Assembly (NCBI GenBank): GCA_951406725.2
Contig: OX597835.1
Coordinates: forward strand, 26,164,001 to 26,228,000
Direction: 5' to 3'
From: Octopus vulgaris
Lineage: Eukaryota
Length of the DNA: 64,000 nucleotides
Position numbers and translations under genes: made by a program. Below the pieces are notes generated by a model. The model was not told the origin of the DNA and ran no database searches. It saw only the letters and a program-made list of their open reading frames with translations. Each line of letters opens with the position of its first letter. Position 1 is the stretch's first letter. Of this stretch, positions 1 to 14,762 are shown one piece after another.

Positions 1-64
1 TATAAGAGAAAATGAGATATGAAAGAGACAGCAAAAAGAGGGAACATGCTAGTTGAAACACATA

Positions 65-129
65 GGCAGATAGACGGATGGATGGATGGGCAGACAGATA
101 GACAGACAGAGAGAGAGAGAGAGAGAGAG

Positions 130-181
<52 letters not shown>

Positions 182-213
182 TAAAGATAGATAGATAGAT
201 AGATTAAAGATAT

Positions 214-291
<78 letters not shown>

Positions 292-315
292 TAAAGATAG
301 ATAGATAGATAGATA
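65..315. repeat. (GATA)n/(GA)n microsatellite
   Basis: Direct reading; similar tracts at 30330-30607, 37340-37450, 39590-39860 and 45785-45860. Confidence 0.95.
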
Positions 316-624
316 AATTGATACACGAAGAGAGGGACAAAGCCAGAGAAAAAATATGAGCGCCGGTGAAATATAGACAAACGGATATCTCATTATGTGA
401 AAATGAAAGTAGAACTATAAAATAACACAAGCAACACCCACGTTTCTACCACCACCACCGCCACCGCAATAATAAATAAATAAATATATAGATATTAAGT
501 CGTTCATCTTTATTCTATTATGGAAGAGCGTGAGCGATATTACAGGAGAGAAAAAATAATTTGAAACTGTCGAAACACCAGTAATGTCAGAACATTAACG
601 ACATCGCTGTATTTTGGTCATTAA

Positions 625-640
625 TCTCTCTCTCTCTCCC

Positions 641-729
<89 letters not shown>

Positions 730-811
730 AAATATATATATATGTATATATGTATATATATATGTATATATGTATATATATATGTATATATATATATATG
801 TATATATATAC

Positions 812-851
<40 letters not shown>

Positions 852-882
852 GTATATAAACATATATATATATATATATATA
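625..882. repeat. (TA)n microsatellite (representative of dozens of TA/CA/TACA tracts)
   Basis: Direct reading; other long tracts include 17040-17163, 21653-21748, 50630-50912, 51098-51270 and 58917-59052. Confidence 0.95.
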
Positions 883-1174
883 TTCAATGTCTTTGCCCCG
901 CTTCCCTCCTTCTCTGTTTAATGCCTTCTCTCCCTTTTCTTTCTCTTTATTACCTCATTTCCTTCTCTGTCTCTCTCTTTAATGTATCCGCTCTCTCTCT
1001 CTCTCTCTCTTTTTACACATACTCTCCCTTACTCCCTTTATTCCCAGTCAATCCTCCAACCATCTTTACTTTTCTTTCTCTCCTCGTCCATCTCTCATAC
1101 TTAGTTTTCGTCTGTGCCCGTCCGTTTCAATCATTTTATCATCCGTTCTCTCTCTGCACTGCATGTATACACAT

Positions 1175-1225
<51 letters not shown>

Positions 1226-1231
1226 CATATA

Positions 1232-1288
<57 letters not shown>

Positions 1289-2134
1289 GAATGTATGTAT
1301 GTAGGTACGTATGTATGTATGTATGGATGTATGTATGTATGTATGTATGTATGTATGTATGTATGCTATTGTCTTCTATCTCTAGCCTTGTCTCCTGGAA
1401 TCTTCTTCCTCCTTTCAGCTTCTTTTCTCCTCAGTTCTTACTCTGTTTTTTCCTTTCTCTCTTCATTTCTTTCGTAGCTTCTTTGGTTTTACCGTTTCTC
1501 TCTAAACCAAAATCTCAATCTACTTGCCACGATCACATTTTCCCCCTATTATAGGCATTTCAATGCCTTTACCCCCCACCCTTACCTACAAACCTACCTA
1601 CCCCTAACACTTTCCCTTCCCCCTTTCCTCCTTATATACTTAAATGCATATATAGGTTTCCTACATACCTACATACCTACTTACCTATTTTTTGCCTACA
1701 TATATATCTACTAACTCCATTATTATCCCATGTCTCTGCCTTCACAAAAACATACACTCATAAATATATAACAACATTTGACATACATAACAATAACAAC
1801 AACAGCAACATCAATAACAAGAAAAAGAAAAGCCACAGCAACAACAAAAGCAACAGGAAGAATATTTTCTCAAAGATTTTTAATAACTACATCACATCCC
1901 AATTGGAAGGATACGTCTTTGCTATACAAGAACACGAAACAGAAACCAAACACCAGACAAATAAAAGCGATAAAGATGAATCCATGCCTCCGTGTTGTGA
2001 TACAAAATGTCGGTCATGTCACACACGATGTGGAAGAGATTATACTCAACACCAGCAGCTGACATAAATGTCCAGGAAACCCTACCTTCCTACGATTTTG
2101 TTGAGAAAACTACTTACAATGCGATCTGCAAGGA

Positions 2135-2570
2135 GGGCAGCCATCAGGTGGAATTGTTATCGCATCGGACAAAAGGCAAAGCGGTATTTCGTCCGGCTTT
2201 ACATTCTGAGTTCAAATTCAGCTGAGGTCGACTTTGCCTTTCATCCTTTCGAGGTCGATAAAATAAATACCAGTCGATGACTGGGTTCCATGTAATAGAC
2301 TTACCCCATCTCCAGAAATTGCTGGTCTTCTGCTAAAATTTGAAATCATTTGCAAGAAGAAGGCGGCGAGCTGGTGGGGTCGTTAGTACGTCGGACAAAA
2401 TGCTAAGGGGCTTTTTGTCCATCTTTACGTTCTAACTTCGAATTCCGCCGAGGACGGCTTTGCCTTTCATCTTTTCGGGATCAATAAAATAAATACCAGT
2501 TGAGGACTGTAATCGACTTACCCCTTCCACCAAAATGTCAGTCCTTGTTCCAACATTTGACGCCAATATT
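2135..2570 (+). mobile_element. Two diverged tandem copies of tRNA-derived SINE family A
   Basis: gagttcaaattc (B box) and core gtcgactttgcctttcatcctttcg.ggtcgataaa..taccag. Confidence 0.8.
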
Positions 2571-3044
2571 ACCTGCAAGAAGGACTCTTCACATTGTCAT
2601 ACCGAAGAAACTTTAGAATGAGCATGCATCCTCGCCCTTAAATTAAGGAATATTCGTGGAGGATGCTCACAAAATCAGCAGTCTTCTGTAAAACCAACAG
2701 AACTGATATTCTGCCGAAAAGGGAACGAATTTCATGTAGAGTAGCGGATGTGGTAACAGGAATCACCAGAAATGACTTAATAAGGAATTTACTGCTGAGA
2801 TGATCAGCTATATAAATGTCTGGAAAGTCAGGGGTTTTCCAGGAAAGAACGATGATTGCAAACAGTGGCTCTATAAAGACTTATATAACATTTAAATGAT
2901 TTTCTATTTAAATTTCCTGGAATGAGCACAATCATATTTGCGTATAGGACAAACACACTTAACATGTACACCCCACAACACACACTCACAGACGCGCGCG
3001 CGCGTTCGTACAGAAGTCCCACTGTTGTGCGGTTGGACTTCGGC

Positions 3045-3525
3045 ATAGCTGTGTGGTTGAGGTGCTCGCTTTGCAACTACGGGATTTGGGTTCAGTCCCA
3101 CAGCGTAACATCTCTAGCAAGTGTCTTTTACCATAGCTCTGGACCGTCTAATGCGACGTGTAAAAATTTGGTAGACGGAGACTGTGTGGAAGACCTTCGA
3201 ATATACACATATATATATATGTGTGTGTGTGTGTGTCTGCGTGCGTGTGTGTGTGTCTGCGTGCGTGTGTGTGTGTTTGCGTGTGTGTGTATGTGTAAGT
3301 GTGTGTGTGTGTCTATGTATGTGAGTGCGTTTTTGTCCCCCGAAACGTTTGACAATCGTTGTCGGTTTGTTTACATGTACATAACTTGGCATTTCGGCAA
3401 ACGAGACCGATAGACTATGTACCACCTTTAAAATGTAAGTACCGAAGTCGACTTTTTCGACTAAACTATTCAAGCTGGAGTTCCAGCATGGCCGTAGTTC
3501 AATGACTAGAACAAGTAAAGAATAA
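3045..3525 (+). mobile_element. tRNA-derived SINE family C (internal (GT)n, CR1-like tail), diverged
   Basis: gggttcagtccca B box, ttggtagacgga, and ccagcatggccgtagt..tgact tail. Confidence 0.75.
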
Positions 3526-3671
3526 AAATTAATCTCACGCGCTTCTGCGCCACAGGTACTTCTATACATTTTATTTAAGTACAAGAATGTATTTAAGCAT
3601 CTCTGAATACATTAATTTGGATTAAGGGAACAAAGAAGTAAAGACCCACTTCGATTATGAATAGCCATAGG

Positions 3672-4508
3672 GTTACACCTAGAAAATACCCCGCCCCGAG
3701 AAACAAATTCGGACAAGGTCATTTTTGTAGATGACCATCAGTCGCCCATGCATACCAGCCTCCCCTCTCCATGTCACAGATGGTATCCAAGGGAAAGGCG
3801 GTGAGCTGGCTGAAACGTTAGCACGCCGGGCGAAATGCTTAGCGTTATTTCGTCTGCGTTACGTTGTGAGTTCAAATTCCGCCGAGGTCGACTTTGCCTT
3901 TCATCCTTTCGAGGTCGATAAATTAAGTACCAGTAACGCACTGGGGTCGATGTAATCGACTTAATACCTATGTCTGTCCTTGTTTGTCCCCTCTGTGTTT
4001 AGCCCCTTGTGGGTAATAAAGAAATAGGTATCCAAGGGAAAGGCAAAGGCTGATACAGCTTGGCATCAGTGACACCGCAACTCATTTCTACAGATGAGTG
4101 AACTGGAGCAACGTGAAATAAAGTGTCTTGCTCAAGAACGCAACACACAGCCTGGTCTGGGAATCGAACTCGCTACATCGTGATTGTGAGCCAAAAACTC
4201 TAACCACTGAGCCATGTGCCCTCATTTAGGGATTGCACCTAGAAAATGATCCTCCGAGACACAAGTCCGGGCAAGGTTGTTTACGGAAGACCATCAGCCG
4301 CCCATGCATACCAGCTTCCCTCTCCATACCACAGATGTTATCCAACGGAATGACAAAGACCGATACAGCTTGGCACCAGTGACACCGAACTGGAGCAACG
4401 TGAAATAAAGTGTCATGCTCGAGAGCACAACACAGCAGGGTCCGGGTTCGAACTCACTACCTCATGATTAGGAGCTCGACGCTGCAACCATTGAGTCATG
4501 CGCCTTCA
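3672..4508 (-). mobile_element. Two tandem family-B SINE copies
   Basis: Repeated tacacctagaaaat..gaccatcag.cgcccatgcataccagc..ctggagcaacgtgaaataaagtgtc..gaactc.ctac blocks. Confidence 0.78.
3797..4026 (+). mobile_element. SINE family A inserted into a family-B SINE, with TSD
   Basis: Full head-to-tail copy; TSD ggtatccaagggaaaggc at 3782-3799 and 4027-4044. Confidence 0.88.
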
Positions 4509-5158
4509 CATAGGGTAATATTTCTTACTAACTATCACCCCAGGGATACTTTAAAATTGAGTTATTCCTTATTTCCTGGTTAGCTAAACACGATTTCACG
4601 CTACCTGGAGAGGTATGATGAAGGTATGCCGGAACGAATTACCGCAAGTCGAGTGGTAATAAATTGTTCTAACAACTGAGCTGTACTCTAAATCCTCTCT
4701 GGAATTCGATCTCGCAACGTAAACGAGCGAAACTAAACAGCAATTAATTTTGTAATTATACCAAATAATTTTAAATTTCACACAGCTCTTTCCATTTTTT
4801 TTTTTCTACGTATGTTATGGTTTATAGATGCAAAATTATATAAGAGTTAAGCGTTCACTCTTCACTTAATTATAATTATCTTTTAATTCTCATAAAACGA
4901 TAGGGAAATTCCTTCATGTGATGCCATGGTGCAATTTCTTCTCTCGTTCTAAGGAATTAAAGAAAAAATTTTTTTTTTCTTCAGCATTCTAGTTACATCT
5001 CAAGAAATAAAGCCCCAGAGATTCAAAAAAAAATTCAAGAAGATCTTAAGCAGGCTTACGTTGAATGTTTACAAAAGATATCGCTTTGCGATATATTTAC
5101 AGGGTTACTTTAAATGGCTCTGTATTAACAGAAATAATAATAATAGTAGTAGTAGTAA

Positions 5159-5192
<34 letters not shown>

Positions 5193-5444
5193 TGTTGTTG
5201 TTGTTGCTGGTGGTGGTGACGGTATTGATGGTTGTGTTGGCAGAGTTCCTGTTGTGGTTGCTGTTGCTGCTGTTTTATGTGAACTGGCAAACAATGCGTT
5301 TCTATTAGGAAATTAACTCTTTTATGGATAATTAATAAAATGCACGCACTCTTCTTAATACACCGATAGGTTTCTTTTATCTGTGTAACCATAATTGTGT
5401 AAATTAATTAGTTAATTAATTTAATTGTATAAATAAATAAATAT

Positions 5445-5493
<49 letters not shown>

Positions 5494-5686
5494 TATATAT
5501 ATATATATAAGTGTGCGTGTGTATGTGTGTTGTGTGTGCTTGCATATATATATATATATGTATGTATATGTGTACACATTTATATATATAAATTAGCTTT
5601 CATGCGTGTGTATGTACCCACAAACAAACATATGTATATATCAACTACATACACAATATACATACATCGAAACATATGTATGTGTT

Positions 5687-5767
<81 letters not shown>

Positions 5768-6525
5768 TGTATACGTATTTGCATATAAACGTATGATCTA
5801 TTCTCCCCCTTTTTATACAAATGCACACACATTCACTCACGCACACACCCACATAGATTCGGACGCACACCCACAGAAACACACACGTACACACATACAT
5901 ACTCACACACACGCATATACACGTATACACATGATACGTTTCTGCACGCTCATATATGTGCAATTACATGTGCATACGTAAGTTTTTATACATGTATATA
6001 CGGACATTTGGAGAGCAGTAACAGTTCTAAATTACTTTGAAAATTGCCAAGCGCGTTAATAGATTAATTATTATAAAGTAAATTGTTATTTTGCCTTAAT
6101 TAACCCAGTGACTTGGAACGATATTTCGAAGTGGTGCTTGAAAAAAAAACAAATTCGAAACAAAGATGAAATGCAACAGATAATGCCACTGCTAGATTCA
6201 ATATTCTGTGTACTTTCGAACTAGGAATCGTAACCTATGCACTGGTTTGTTCTGCTAGTAATGGTAGTCAAATTCTTTATCGAATCACATTGACTGCAAT
6301 CTTCGATATGGAAAAGGAAACGTTATATCGTATATTGAATAATGATGTTGGAGGACGCCTTTATTTTTAGGTCGGCCCTATCAGCATTAAGATGTATGTG
6401 AGTGTATATAATTATATTTGCATACGTATATAAAATGTATGTGTGTGTGTGTGCATGAATATACATACATAGATCGCAAGCCACTACACATTCTTTATTT
6501 TCTCTCCTTGTTTCTTTCTGCGTTC

Positions 6526-6562
6526 CTTTCTGTGGAAGAGCGTAGGCTCGAAACGTTGAAGA
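6526..6562 (+). ncRNA. Degenerate hammerhead-like motif (probable pLTR remnant)
   Basis: cttt-CTGTGGA-a-gagc(gtag)gctc-GAA-acgt-T-gaag. Position A6 is replaced by U. Confidence 0.4.
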
Positions 6563-6699
6563 CTATGAAAGCATAGCTAAGGTTTTATTGTAAGGTCTCT
6601 GAACATCTGCTGCTAGGGGCGCCATTTGATCCGTGTACAATGCTTATTAGGACTTCGCTCAAAAGGGCTAAATTATTAGAAATAGCTCAAAATATGCCT

Positions 6700-7076
6700 A
6701 CAAGACGCTATTAGTTTGTGCTGGTCGCCGTCGAGACGTCAGGTGCTCTAGGGCCCCGTACTACTGATTTCCTTCGCAAAATAGGTAACACGGCGGCCGC
6801 AGAAATGAGGCCCGCTAGGTAGAGAGGCTGCTGCAACGAGGTATGTCGTTGGCCATTTTCTGCGACAACGCCATCACGGTTATTTCCGCTGCGTGCGGCT
6901 GAACACACCGTTTATTCTGGGGTATGTGGCTTATCGCCCTTCCGCAGCCATCTGCCACTGTCTTGCCCCACGTCGCTCATTATTTCTTTCTGTTTATCTA
7001 TTGTGCATTGAGCTGAAAATTATGTAAGAAACACATACAAAATATCAATAAAAAAAGAAAAAAAGAAAAAGAAAAA
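6700..7076 (+). pseudogene. CRE-like LINE 3' end (restriction-like endonuclease C-terminus) with A-rich tail
   Basis: FVLVAVETSGALGPRTTDFLRKIG, then frameshifted LQRGMSLAIFCDNAITVISA*; aataaa plus an A tract at ~7047-7076. Confidence 0.7.
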
Positions 7077-8104
7077 TAATTAGATTAAGTATTTAAATAC
7101 ATCACGTGACATTATTTTGTCTCCTGAAATAAATCTTTCAAAAACGATAGCGTCCATTTATTCTTGTGATGTTTGTGTGTATATAAATATACACACCGTG
7201 TTTGCCAGTTACATTTTGTGATTCTTCCGAGATTGGGTTACTCTTATAAGCTCCCGGGTATATTTCTATAGTCTATAACGAATTTAGAATATCTATTTGT
7301 TTGAAGAGAACAACCAAATCTATTTATATTTCTTTGTTTTCAAAACTGCAGTGTTTCGTAACTCTAACTATATTAAATTTATCTTAGATTTTCAAATAGA
7401 TTTTCTGCATAAAGTATTTATCAGTTATATAAAGAGATGAATAAGAGAAAATGGATTGAACAACATTGTGTATTTAAAATCACTACAATTGTTTCCACAA
7501 ATCATAACACCCGTAGCGCATTGGTAAGATGATATATTTAACATTGCGTAATAACTATAATCCATCCAAAGTTTAAAATATATTTCTTCAGGTGATTATT
7601 TGGAATAAGTCCTTATTCTGGTCATTCGGTCATTTTACTCTGTACAAAGGTAAATATCCAAAGTAGTTTGCTATTTTCGGCAGTTTAAAATCAAAACTGT
7701 ATGTATGTGTGTATGTATGCATATGTATGCATGTATGTATGTATGTATGTATGTATGTATGTATGTATGTATGTATGTATGTATGTATGTATGAATGTAT
7801 GTATGCATTTATGTTTGTGTCCGTATGTGTGTGTATATACTCCTCTATGCATGTGTAAGTATGTATATATGCATGTATGTATGTGTATGTATGCATGTAG
7901 GTATGTATGTATTCATGTATGTATGTGAACGCATGTATGTATGCGTATACATGTATACATGCATGTATGTATGAATGTATGTATATATGTATGTACATAT
8001 GTATGCATATATGCGAGTTTGTGTGTATGTATGCATATTATGTATGTATTTGTATATTATATATAAATGTATGTATATTTATGTATGCATTTATCTATGT
8101 GTAT

Positions 8105-8517
8105 TTATTCTTTTACTTGTCTCAATCATGTGACTGTGGCCATGCTGGAGTACCACCTTTAGTCGAGCAAATCGACCCCCAGAACTTATTCTTTGTAAAC
8201 CTAGTACTTATTCTATCGGTCTCTTTTGCCAAACCGCTAAGTTACGGGGGCGTAAACACCCCAGCATCAGTTGTCAAGCGATGTTGGGGGACAAACACAG
8301 ACACGCAAACATACGCACGCATACACACACACACATATATATACATATATACGACGGGCTTCTTTCAGTTTTTGTCTACCAAATCCACTCACAAGGCTTT
8401 GGTCGGCCCGAGGCTATAGTAGAAGACACTTGTCCAACGTGCCACACAGTGGGACTGAACCGAGAACCATGTGGTTCGTAAGCAAGATACTTACCACACA
8501 ACCACTCCTACGCCTGT
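8105..8517 (-). mobile_element. SINE family C
   Basis: Matches the other family C copies end to end. Confidence 0.85.
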
Positions 8518-9383
8518 ATCTATGTGTGTCTCACTACATTGTATGTACGTATGTATGCATGTATGTATGTATGTATAATTCTGATCAAAGTAGTCACTTG
8601 CTACTTTGAATACCTACGACTGAGACACAAAGTAATGATACAGAGACAAACTCGACCGCAATAAAATATTAAACTCTACCATAGCATTGAGCACTTTTTC
8701 CTTCCAACAGTTCGTACAATACGTATATACATAGGTGTTTCTTTACACACACAAACACACACACACACACACATACACACACACGCACATACACGCACTT
8801 ACACACACATATTTCATAATAGTTGACTATTTTATAATCACAATGCAACTGAAAAATATCGATGTCACGAGACTCGTCAGGTAATATCGGGGACCAACGA
8901 TCGTTTCTGATCTCACTTTTGTATGTTAAAGTGTAATTTATTAAAATTACCATTATGATATCTACATTTATAGCTTGGAAATTGTAAACACTGAATGTCA
9001 TCGAGTCATGTGCTAGGTCGATGTGTATGTAGTTTGTAAAATCACTGTATGTATGTGTTTGAACCATTTTTATGTTGATTAATGCGTAAATTTATTAAAT
9101 ATACAACGATGTAATTTTATGGGAAAACGACTGTTAAGAGGATGAAAAAATATATACCGTTCCTTTGTGTACATCTTTATTAGAATATATTTGAAATACT
9201 AATCTGAGGAGAATTATTTCAGAGTGGAGAGTTCAGTCTGGCGCTTACAAAGTTGTTTCATAATCGTTTTGTCGTTAATTGTTGAGTCATTTCTGGATCC
9301 CGTTGGGAAATGCTTTCATGGCAACGAAACAAATAAGTACAACTATGCATGGTTTGACACACACACACACACGCACACACACG

Positions 9384-9463
<80 letters not shown>

Positions 9464-9470
9464 TACACAC

Positions 9471-9503
<33 letters not shown>

Positions 9504-9561
9504 TACACACACATGCACACACACACACACACACACACGCACACATGTATATGTGTGTGAA

Positions 9562-9865
9562 GAGCGTGGCTTAGTGGTTAGAGTGTTCGGCTCACGATCG
9601 TAATGTCGCGAGTTCAGTTCCAGGCGAAGCATTGTGTCCTTGACCAAGACGCTTTATTTCACGTTGCCCCAGTCCACTCAGCTGGCAAAAATGAGTTGGA
9701 CCTGTATTTTCAAATAGTTAGCCTTGTCACACTCTGACACGGTGAATCTCACTGAGAACTACGTCTGCGGAGTGCTCAGCCACTTACACGTGTTAATTTC
9801 AGGAGCAAGCTGCTCCGTTGATCGTATCATCTGGGGCCCATGTCGTCGTAACCGACGGAGTGCTC
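9562..9865 (+). mobile_element. tRNA-derived SINE family B (other copies at ~11290-11520, 13529-13630, 52090-52330 +; 62475-62710 -)
   Basis: gcgtggcttagtggttagagtg A box, gagttc B box, cacgttgccccagtccactcagctggc. Confidence 0.8.
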
Positions 9866-9868
9866 CTT

Positions 9869-9938
<70 letters not shown>

Positions 9939-9941
9939 CAT

Positions 9942-10281
9942 AGGCGCAGGAGTGGCTGTGTAGTAAGCAGTTAGCCACATGGTTCCGGGTTCAGTCCCAC
10001 TGAGTGGCACCTTGGGCAAGTGTCTTTAGACGGTTGCTGAAAGAAATATGTATGTATGTATGCGTATGTATATGTTTGTGTGTCTGTGTTTGTCTTCCCA
10101 CCATCGCTTGACAACCGATGTTGGCGTGTCTACGTCCCCGTAACTTCGTGGTTCGGCAAAAGAGACCGATAGAATAAATACTAGCCTTACAAAGAGCAAG
10201 TCCTGGGGTTGATTTGTTCGACTAAAGGCTGTGCAGCAGCATGGCCGTAGTCAAATGACTGAAACAAATAAAAGAATAAAA
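9942..10281 (+). mobile_element. SINE family C
   Basis: aggcgcaggagtggctgtg..gggttcagtccca..gcatggccgtagtcaaatgactgaaac. Confidence 0.85.
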
Positions 10282-10388
10282 GTATACACATATATATATG
10301 TATGTACATATCTATGCATGTGCATATATTATATACGAGCGTGCATGTGTGTATACATACATACGGACGTACACACACACACTCATTA

Positions 10389-10672
10389 TCAGTTACGCAC
10401 TGGGGTCGATATAATCGACTTAATCCGTTTGTCTGTTCTTGTTTGTCCTCTCTGTGTTTAACTCCTTGTGGGTAGTAAAGAAATAGGTATTTCGTCCGCC
10501 GTTACGTTCTGAGTTCAAATTCCGCCGAGGTCGACTTTGCCTTGCATCCTTTCGGAGTCGACTTTGCCTTTCGGGGTTGACAAATTAAGTACCAGTTGCG
10601 TACTGGGGTCGATCTAATCGACTAGATCACTCACCCCAAAATTTCGGGCCTTGTGGCTATAGTAGAAAAGAA
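10389..10672 (+). mobile_element. SINE family A, truncated dimer
   Basis: The tail of the first monomer is followed by a second B-box/core. Confidence 0.8.
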
Positions 10673-10766
10673 TATTAGGTTATTTACTTTGGACAACATA
10701 AGGTGATAGCTTATAAGCTTTAAGCTTATAAGCTTATAGAATATTATTATTATTATTTACAGAATA

Positions 10767-10852
<86 letters not shown>

Positions 10853-11523
10853 ATTAGTGTATTTCAGGGATTAACCTCGAAAAGTGCGTTTTAGAGCCCC
10901 TACACCGTTATTGCTAACCACATGACATTGTACAGCAGGAGGTTTTTTACGGCTTAATAAACTAGCGGAGCTCGGCTATGTATTAGTATTAATATAAGAA
11001 TAAAATAACAGGTGGATGGAGAATGAAGAGATACGCGTGTACAGAAACGTTTATGAGAAAAACAACTCGGTATTATATGTAGAATGATATATATTCGGGA
11101 ATTTGTTTGATCCATATATTCCCGTATTCACAGTTTTATCTTACGATCCTTCAGGCGGTAGATTAATTTGCGAGCTTTTTAGTTATATTTCTGTGAAATA
11201 TGGTTTTATTCCAGGGAGTATCAGAAATAATTGCAACGAAGAAGTGATAGGAGAACTTGGATAGCTGGCATTGTTGGTGTCTATATGTTTGGGCGCGTAG
11301 CCTAATGGCTAGGCTATTGTACTCATGATCGCGAAATAGTGGTTTCGGTTCCCGGAATGGCCAATACTTTTTGCTCTTGAGCAAGAAGTTCTATTTCCCG
11401 CTGCGCTGCGATCGTTTCGACATCAGACGTAGGGCACACGGGGCTCCACCACAGGCAATGCTAATTTGATGCAGGGCGTGAACTAAGGTGCTATGCAAGC
11501 ATTTGATCAATATAAGCAAATCA

Positions 11524-11846
11524 AATTCAAATTCCGCCGAGGTCGACTTTGCCTTTCATTCTTTCGGGGTCGATTAAATAAGTACCAGTTACGCACTGCG
11601 GTCAATATAATCGACTTAATCCGTTTGTCTGTCCTTGTTTGCCCTCTCTGTGTTTAACCCTCTTGTGGGTAGTAAAGAAATAGGTATTTCGTCTGTCTTT
11701 ACGTTTTGAGTTCAAATTCCGCCAAGGTCGACTTTGCCTTTCATTCATTCGGGGTCGACAAATTAAGTACCAGTTGCGTACTGGGGTCGATCTAATCGAC
11801 TAGACCCTTCACCTCAAAATTTCGGGCCTTGTGGCTATAGTAGAAA
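11524..11846 (+). mobile_element. SINE family A, truncated dimer
   Basis: Same two-core structure as 10389-10672 and 23945-24346. Confidence 0.8.
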
Positions 11847-12871
11847 TCGCTTTTTTTCAGATTCGAAAGACTACAAAGAACTGGGTATCACTTCTGGTTT
11901 TTGCGGTGTGGGTATATGACAGTAGGTCTTGTCTGGCATCGAGGAAGAAATCTTGAATGGTGAAGAACAGTTTAATTCAATGCGGATATGACAAATCTTC
12001 ATAAAGGGCGGAGTTGCCATACTTATAAATAAGAAAGCATTAAAATCCTGATCTGACGGAATAATCGGAGTAGGAGACGTAAAGGGTCTGCACCCTGTTA
12101 GCAATCCAAGTTGACCCCTCCCCGCTCTCGCCAGTAAATACTATCTAAGTTAAAACGAAAGAAAATGTTCACTTTCAGCTGAAGGACATAAAAGACAAAA
12201 TACTTAAACAAGCAGACATTGTTTACAACCTCGCATTCTAGTGGAAGAGTCAGCAAACAGGCAGAAACAGACACGTTGTCTTTCCCCGCGTTTAACGTGA
12301 TCGAACCAGTCCACATGCAATCAATAGATAGTTATGTGGAGACTTAGTAAAGAGAATGTATAAAAAGATATTTACTCTTATGCCTGGAAACAGTCTGACT
12401 CTTGCCTTATATTACCTTCGTGTTTATTTTTACAAAAATATTTTTTCTATGACTGATTCATGTTCTCACAACTGTCTACTGAAATTATTCTCCTAGTGCC
12501 ACCTACAACCAAGATATCGAGCGGAATTACTTGTTTTGCGAGTTATTTATTCGATTCTATCTATCTGGTATCGGAAAGATTACAAAAGACATGATATTTT
12601 GATTAGTATTGGTGATTTTCATGTCTAGTTAGGAGAGAGAACAAATGGGTGGACGTCCATTCTTAGTCCAATCTCGGCAAGGAAGTTAACAGACAAATAT
12701 CGAGATCCTTGAAATGCTATACTAAGTATGGTTCTTGCATAACGGAAACGTGCTTTGATCTTAATTTGATACATAACAAAAATTTAGCGATATAAGATTG
12801 CTAGCTGTAGAAGAATTGATTCCATGTGTATTAGAAACAGATGAAAACAGTCTGATTGAGATTGGTGTCTG

Positions 12872-12917
<46 letters not shown>

Positions 12918-12931
12918 GAGAGGGAGAGATG

Positions 12932-12988
<57 letters not shown>

Positions 12989-14713
12989 GGTCATTAATTC
13001 AGGTCACTTACACGGCAAAACCAGATATCGAGATAAAACTGTCGAAAAGTTACTTTTTAAATGTAAAAAATAAAAAACAAAAACTTTTGATATTAACCAA
13101 CTTATTGAAAGTGACATCTGTGAATTGTACCAGCTAGACCTCAAGATCGATATGTCGCATTAAATGCCGAAACATATATAGATCAATACTGGAATAAATT
13201 CAAAGACATTACATTTGAGACAGTTGAAAATAGAATAGTAAGAATTAGATAAAAACGTAATGAGCAGTGGTTATCGCCTGAGACCTGGGATTTTTAAAAA
13301 TAAATAGCGAAAACAGAAAACTAAGAGAGATATCTCACGAGACATTAAAAACGAGCATAAAGTATTGGACAAAGTAAAACAAAAATAATTATGTTGTTGG
13401 GAAGATAAAGAAAAACGAAGTCGATTTTTAAAATAAAATCCGTAGAAAGTGTTGTTGAGAAAATGTCCGCGAGAATCTGTATACAAGGGAGTGAAATAAT
13501 TGTTCGTATATCGTAGCAACAGTAGAGTGGAGGCGCGTGGCTTAGTGGTCAGGGATGTTGGAATTATGATCGTGAGATTGTGGTTTCGATTCCTGGACCG
13601 GACGATGCGTTGTGTTCTTGAGCAAAGCACTTCATTTCATGTTGCTCCAGAATGTACAGAGACACACAATTTATTCCATCGCTACAGGATCACGGTTGTT
13701 GTGATGGTTTTTTTCCCCTTCTTATTGGTTCTGCTGTTGGTTGTGCTTCCGCTACGGCAAGATGGAAATTCGCAGTTTACGGCTGTTTGGTCCTTATTCT
13801 TATACCGGTTCTTAGGAAATAAACAAATTACAAAACTTGACAAATAGTACCATTTGTTGGTGACTCCTAACTCCTGGTGGGTGAGATCTTTGCACAACTC
13901 TCCAACCCATGGGTCGGTTTGTGTAGTCGTTTTAACTCGATATGCAATTGCTCAAATTGTATTATAAAAGTGATGAAAGAGCCACTAAAACAGCATTAAG
14001 AACATACAAAATAAAATGGAAGCAGAAAGCAGCATTAATAGGCTTTGTAGCGAACTATTTAAGCTGAAACAATAACAGTTATGTTGCAGAAATCTTATAA
14101 TATTGATAATTTTGACACAAAGAAAATAATAGATCAATTTAAACCATTAGACTCAAAGAACCGGAATAAGCAGAGGAAAATATTATGTTCATACATTAGC
14201 CTAGTCTGCGGAAAGAGCTGTTCCAGTTTGGACACTTACCATGATTATTCAGTAATTTTTAGTCGTTATGTCTATTTTTATGTGAAAAACGTAAATGTTA
14301 AGCTCAAATCAGTGGAAAAGAGAGGCATTGTTTCCGAATAAATTAATACAATTTTTTCGCTTCAATTATTGAGTTTAAAATACGAAAATGGCGGGAATAT
14401 TTATAAAAAAAAAAGTAACGTAGCTTTTGTCCGTGATGTACACAGGTACACATGAATGTATGAATGTACGTACTGGTTAATGGATGGGTAGATCGGTGTG
14501 TTTATGTATGTATGGATGGATATTTATATATGTATATATGAATGTATGTCGAAATGAGGAGTAGACAGACTGCCGACAACTGATGAAGGGTCGTTTCTCT
14601 GTGTTTACTTGACCTGTATTCCATTTGTCTTCTCTCGTTGTTTGTGTATTTAACTAGGTTGTTTACGCACTTCATGTTGTTTACGCAGTTAGTGACGTCC
14701 TGTACACATAATA

Positions 14714-14762
<49 letters not shown>

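Noticed and set aside
9562-9625. SINE heads as real tRNA genes
   Set aside because: Cloverleaves are imperfect and continue into shared SINE bodies.
11120-11160. Minus-strand ctgaagg-atc(gtaa)gat-aaaac fold
   Set aside because: A9 and G12 are both altered and there is no convincing stem I/III; at best a decayed relic.
11890-12070. Possible APE endonuclease relic (GGVAILINKK)
   Set aside because: Single short motif amid stops; insufficient support.
14575-14620. CTGATGAAGGG hammerhead-like start
   Set aside because: No downstream GAAA/stem III or closing stem I found.
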